Below are positions 63,456 through 64,000 of a stretch of DNA of 64,000 bases, one piece after another. This DNA comes from Chiloscyllium plagiosum. Its lineage: Eukaryota. The notes under the pieces were generated by a model. It was not told the DNA's origin. It was given only the letters and a program-made list of their open reading frames with translations, and ran no database searches. The stretch covers positions 10,465,409-10,529,408 of the forward strand of contig NC_057749.1 of NCBI RefSeq assembly GCF_004010195.1, written 5' to 3'. The first letter of the stretch is position 1; each line of letters starts with the position of its first letter. The position numbers and the translations under genes were made by a program.

Positions 63456-64000
63456 GTTTATATATTCAAACCTCAGCAACAAAAACTTGTATTTATGTAT
63501 CGACTTTAATGTAATTAAATATCCCAAAGTGTGTTATAGAAGGACATTTGACATTAGGTACCACAGGGAAATATTAGGTGAGATGTGTAAAAGCTTGGTC
63601 AAAGGGCTAGATTTCAAGGAGCATCTTAGTGACAGAGAGCGATGGAGAAGTTTGGAGAGGAATTCCAATGTGTAAAGCCTATACACAGCCAACAATGGAA
63701 CAATTAAAATATGTGATTTACAAGAGCTTGGAATTGGAGGAGCATAGCATTCAGAACCGAAGGTAATTACAGATTTATAAAAAGGAGCAAGGCAATGGAA
63801 AGATTGAAGATAAATTAAACTTAATTAAATATTAAGTTTTGAGACTGCCAGCCAGCATGGAGCAATGAGCAGAGAAGTGATGACTGAAGCATTTGGTGAT
63901 GACTGAAGGGTGCAGTTTTACGGATGTGCTCAGACGCCACAGTGAGCCAAACTGGTCCATTTTATTCAAATCACTAAACAGGTATTGTTTTTCATTAGTT

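Noticed and set aside
1..64000. CRISPR arrays, operons or other prokaryotic systems
   Set aside because: The sequence is vertebrate genomic DNA with spliced genes; no repeat-spacer arrays were seen.

Overview
Eukaryotic, repeat-rich DNA from a cartilaginous fish (shark-like; HE1-type and Deu-domain SINEs, CR1, Penelope, L1/Tx1 elements), with four N-gaps. Two host genes lie head-to-head. TERB2 (meiotic telomere bouquet protein) is on the minus strand: 7 coding exons reconstructed by hand, 38563 to 19718, about 231 aa, essentially missed by the ORF track. CYP11A1 (cholesterol side-chain cleavage P450) exons 1-3 are on the plus strand and the gene runs off the window. A CpG-rich patch upstream of TERB2 carries a tight cluster of germline-promoter motifs (MYBL1, NRF1, E2F6, MAX/MGA E-box, CCAAT). 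CYP11A1 intron 1 holds a decayed but structurally complete antisense class I endogenous retrovirus (50589-60515): two LTRs, CCCAC target-site duplication (TSD), tRNA-Ser PBS, gag-pro-pol-env, and a probable 2H-phosphoesterase domain between protease and RT. Its 5' LTR has been hit by two oppositely oriented Tx1 fragments. Many Penelope-derived insertions carry minimal hammerhead ribozyme cores, several as long palindromes. All family and gene calls come from recalled motifs and sequences, not database searches; repeat boundaries without a stated TSD are approximate.
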